Assembly (NCBI GenBank): GCA_004431415.1
Contig: QPMI01000516.1
Location: forward strand, 186,001 to 250,000
From: Cyanophora paradoxa CCMP329
Taxonomy: Eukaryota > Plantae > Glaucophyta
DNA: 64,000 bases
Direction: 5' to 3'
A model generated the notes under the pieces. That model was not told the DNA's origin. It saw only the letters and a list, made by a program, of their open reading frames with translations, and ran no database searches. Every line of letters begins with the position of its first letter. Position 1 is the first letter of the stretch. The translations under genes and the position numbers were made by a program. Shown here piece after piece: positions 61,807 through 64,000 of the stretch.

Positions 61807-64000
61807 CTAGACGGCCGCCTGTTCCCCTGCGGCCGATCCCGCGCTGAGACGCTTCGACTCGCCGTCCACGACGTACAAAAAGCCGTCCTGAGCGCGGGCA
61901 GGCCGTGAGCGCGGGGCGCGGGGCGGGGCGGGGCGGGACGGGGCGGGGCGGGGCGGGGCCGCCGACCATGTCGGTGGCGGCCCAACTGACGACGTCGCCC
62001 CGCGCCCGCGAGCGGACGTGGCGGAAAGGCCACCGGAAGATCCGGAGCGGCGAGTCCGCCTGCGGGCGGGAGGGTTCGCACCCAGCGGCGCGGGGGGCGG
62101 GCACGGGCGGGCGGGAGTAAGGAAGGCCAGGCTGAGCGCACGTAAACGCGGGAGGAGGGCCGGTACTTCGTGTCCAGGTGGCGGAGCGTCAGGAGCTGGG
62201 GATAGGGGGAAGGGGGGGGTCAGGAAAGGGCGGGAGCCCGGAGCCTGGAGGGCGGGCGAACAAGGGGGGTGCGTACCATGACGCCGGGGGCGAGGCTCTC
62301 CTTGAAGCTCCTCTGGAGGTTCTGCGACGTCTCCTCCGGGAAGAGTACGTTGTTCATGAAGATTTTCGTGTACCTGGGGACGGCTCGGGGGGGGGGGGGG
62401 GGGGGGGCGGCGAAGGCGGGGAATCAGGCGTACCCCGCGAAGCTCGCCTGCTCGGCGTCCGCGCAGCTGAATTCGCACTGCCCCGCCTGGATGTTGTGCT
62501 CCGCCATCAGCTGCACCCGGGGAGGTCAGCGGTGGCGGCGGCGGCGGCGGGGCGGGGCGGAGCGGGCGCTGGCGGCGGCGGCGGCGGCGGCGGCGTACCC
62601 TGTTGAAGTGGGGTAGGACGTCCACAGAGATCTGGTGGAGGTCCTCGCGGATCTCGATGCCGACGGCGCGGCAGCCCACCATCGCAGCCACCTGAGCCGG
62701 CGTCAGGGCCGACGGCACACGGAGCTAGAGGGGGGTACACGCGCCTCGAAGACGACGTTGCCCCAGCCGCAGCCGATGTCGAGGAAGACGTCGTCCTTCG
62801 TCAGCTTGAGCTCCTTGATGATCTGCCGGCGGGGCCGCGCGCCCCGTCGCCGGCCAACGCCCAGCGGCCGGGCGCTCGAGCGGCGGGCGCGGGGCGCACG
62901 ATGCGGACGAAGGGGGATAGGACCTCGCCGTAGGTCGTCTTGGAGAAGGGCGTGTACTTGTTTACGACGCCGTAGTCCACTTTCGCCAGCTCGGTCTGCG
63001 GGCGCAGGGCGCGCGGCCGCGGGCCGGGGTCGATTCGGAGGACGCAGAGGGGGAAGGGGGCGCGGCGGGTCGGCTCAGAGGGGTACAGGGCGCACCGCCT
63101 CGGCGATCAGCTGCTTGATCTGCATCGGCCGCGCATAGGGCGGGCTGGGAGGGGCTGGCTCAGCGGGGCCGGGGGCGAGCGGCCGAGAGGCGCGCGCGGC
63201 GCACCGGCCCCATGCGCAGTCGTGGGGCAGCCTGGCGGATCGGATGTGGACCTTGGACGTGTCGGAGGGCGGGGGCTGGCCCCAGGCCCCGACGCGCCGC
63301 CAGGGCGTCGTCGGGGCGGAGCCGTGCGGGGGGTACGCGTCGGCCTCGTCCTCCGTCTCGGTACCCGACTCGTCCGAGCCCCGGTCCTCGTGGCGCCCGC
63401 CGCCCTCCGGATCCGACGCTCTACGCTTGCCCCTCGCCTTCTCGTAGCGTAGCGTAGAGCAAGCGAGGGGGCCGAGCCGGAGCCCGAGCTCCGCCAGCTT
63501 CGGCTCGGGCTCCGGCTCGGCCTCCTTCTTGATCCGCTTCGCCTTCTCGGGCTCGGGCTCGGGCTCGGGTTCCTTCGCCTCCTTGCGACGCTTCGCCTTG
63601 TCCAGCTCCGGCGGCTTCGAGGCGGTGCCCTTCGCCCCGTCGCGCCCCGCGTCGGCTCCGGCCTCGCCGGTCGGCCTCTGCGGCCGCCGCGGCCCGCGGG
63701 TTCGATGCTCGAAGGTCTCGAAAGGCCGCGACTTGTCCCCTCCATCTTTTCCTTTCCAGCCGCTCCAGAAAAGCAGCCTCTTCTGCTCTCGGGACATGCT
63801 GTTCCGTCCCTCGCTTGGGGGCTCCTCATCGCCAGAGGCCGTCGCTGGCTCCGCCGCCGCGGCCGCTGCTGACTCCGCCGCCGCGGCCGGCGCTGGCTCT
63901 GGCGCCGCGGTCGTCGCTGGCTCCGCCGCCGCGGCCGGCGCTGGCTCCGCCGCCGCGGCCGCTGCTGGCTCCGCCGCCGCGGCCTTCGCTGGCTCCTGCG
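61807..64000 (-). CDS. DOT1: DOT1-family histone H3K79 methyltransferase (5' end beyond the window)
   Basis: Exons VNKYTPFSKTTYGE, IIKELKLTKDDVFLDIGCGWGNVVFE, VAAMVGCRAVGIEI, IFMNNVLF, VVSWAAT..FLYVV match DOT1 motifs (YGE, DxGxGxG, GIE, FxNN, VSW). Confidence 0.9.
63835..64000 (-). repeat. 24-bp coding minisatellite (EPAAAAAA) in the DOT1 N-terminal region
   Basis: GGCTCCGCCGCCGCGGCCG(C/G)(T/C)GCT-type units, ~7 copies to the window edge. Confidence 0.85.

Noticed and set aside
18000-64000. Most 60-300 aa ORFs in the six-frame track; rRNA/tRNA genes
   Set aside because: The ORFs are antisense or intron read-through artefacts of high GC. No rRNA or tRNA signature was recognised by eye.

Overview
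GC-rich eukaryotic nuclear DNA with short, dense spliceosomal introns. A cytosolic GH13-like/GT5/CBM48 starch synthase plus an AT-rich plastid-type dnaK fragment suggest a glaucophyte- or red-lineage-like alga (inference). Bases ~1-17095 hold one very large non-LTR retrotransposon: a ~140-bp tandem array, an ORF1 with an RGG tail, a ~1.6-kb spacer, and a frameshifted ~3000-aa ORF2. ORF2 reads APE - RT - Tudor/SH3-like+Cys domain - RNase H - CCHC - IWxxRN - Ulp1/SENP (C48) protease, followed by AATAAA and A14. The C-terminal SUMO-protease domain on an APE-type LINE is the most unusual signal. Host genes follow: a ~13-kb multi-exon gene for a secreted, probably GPI-anchored protein (-), a degenerate bacterial-type GH2-like gene (+), a hypothetical gene (+), a 15-kb starch/glycogen synthase (-), a coiled-coil gene (+) and a DOT1 H3K79 methyltransferase (-, 5' end outside the window). 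Also seen: a 2.5-kb RT-less retroposon with a perfect 16-bp TSD, two copies of another retroelement 3' end, a 90-bp plastid DNA insertion in an intron, frequent GC-AG introns and intronic duplications of exon/intron junctions. Most short ORFs in the supplied track are GC artefacts. Gene models were read by eye and internal boundaries are approximate.
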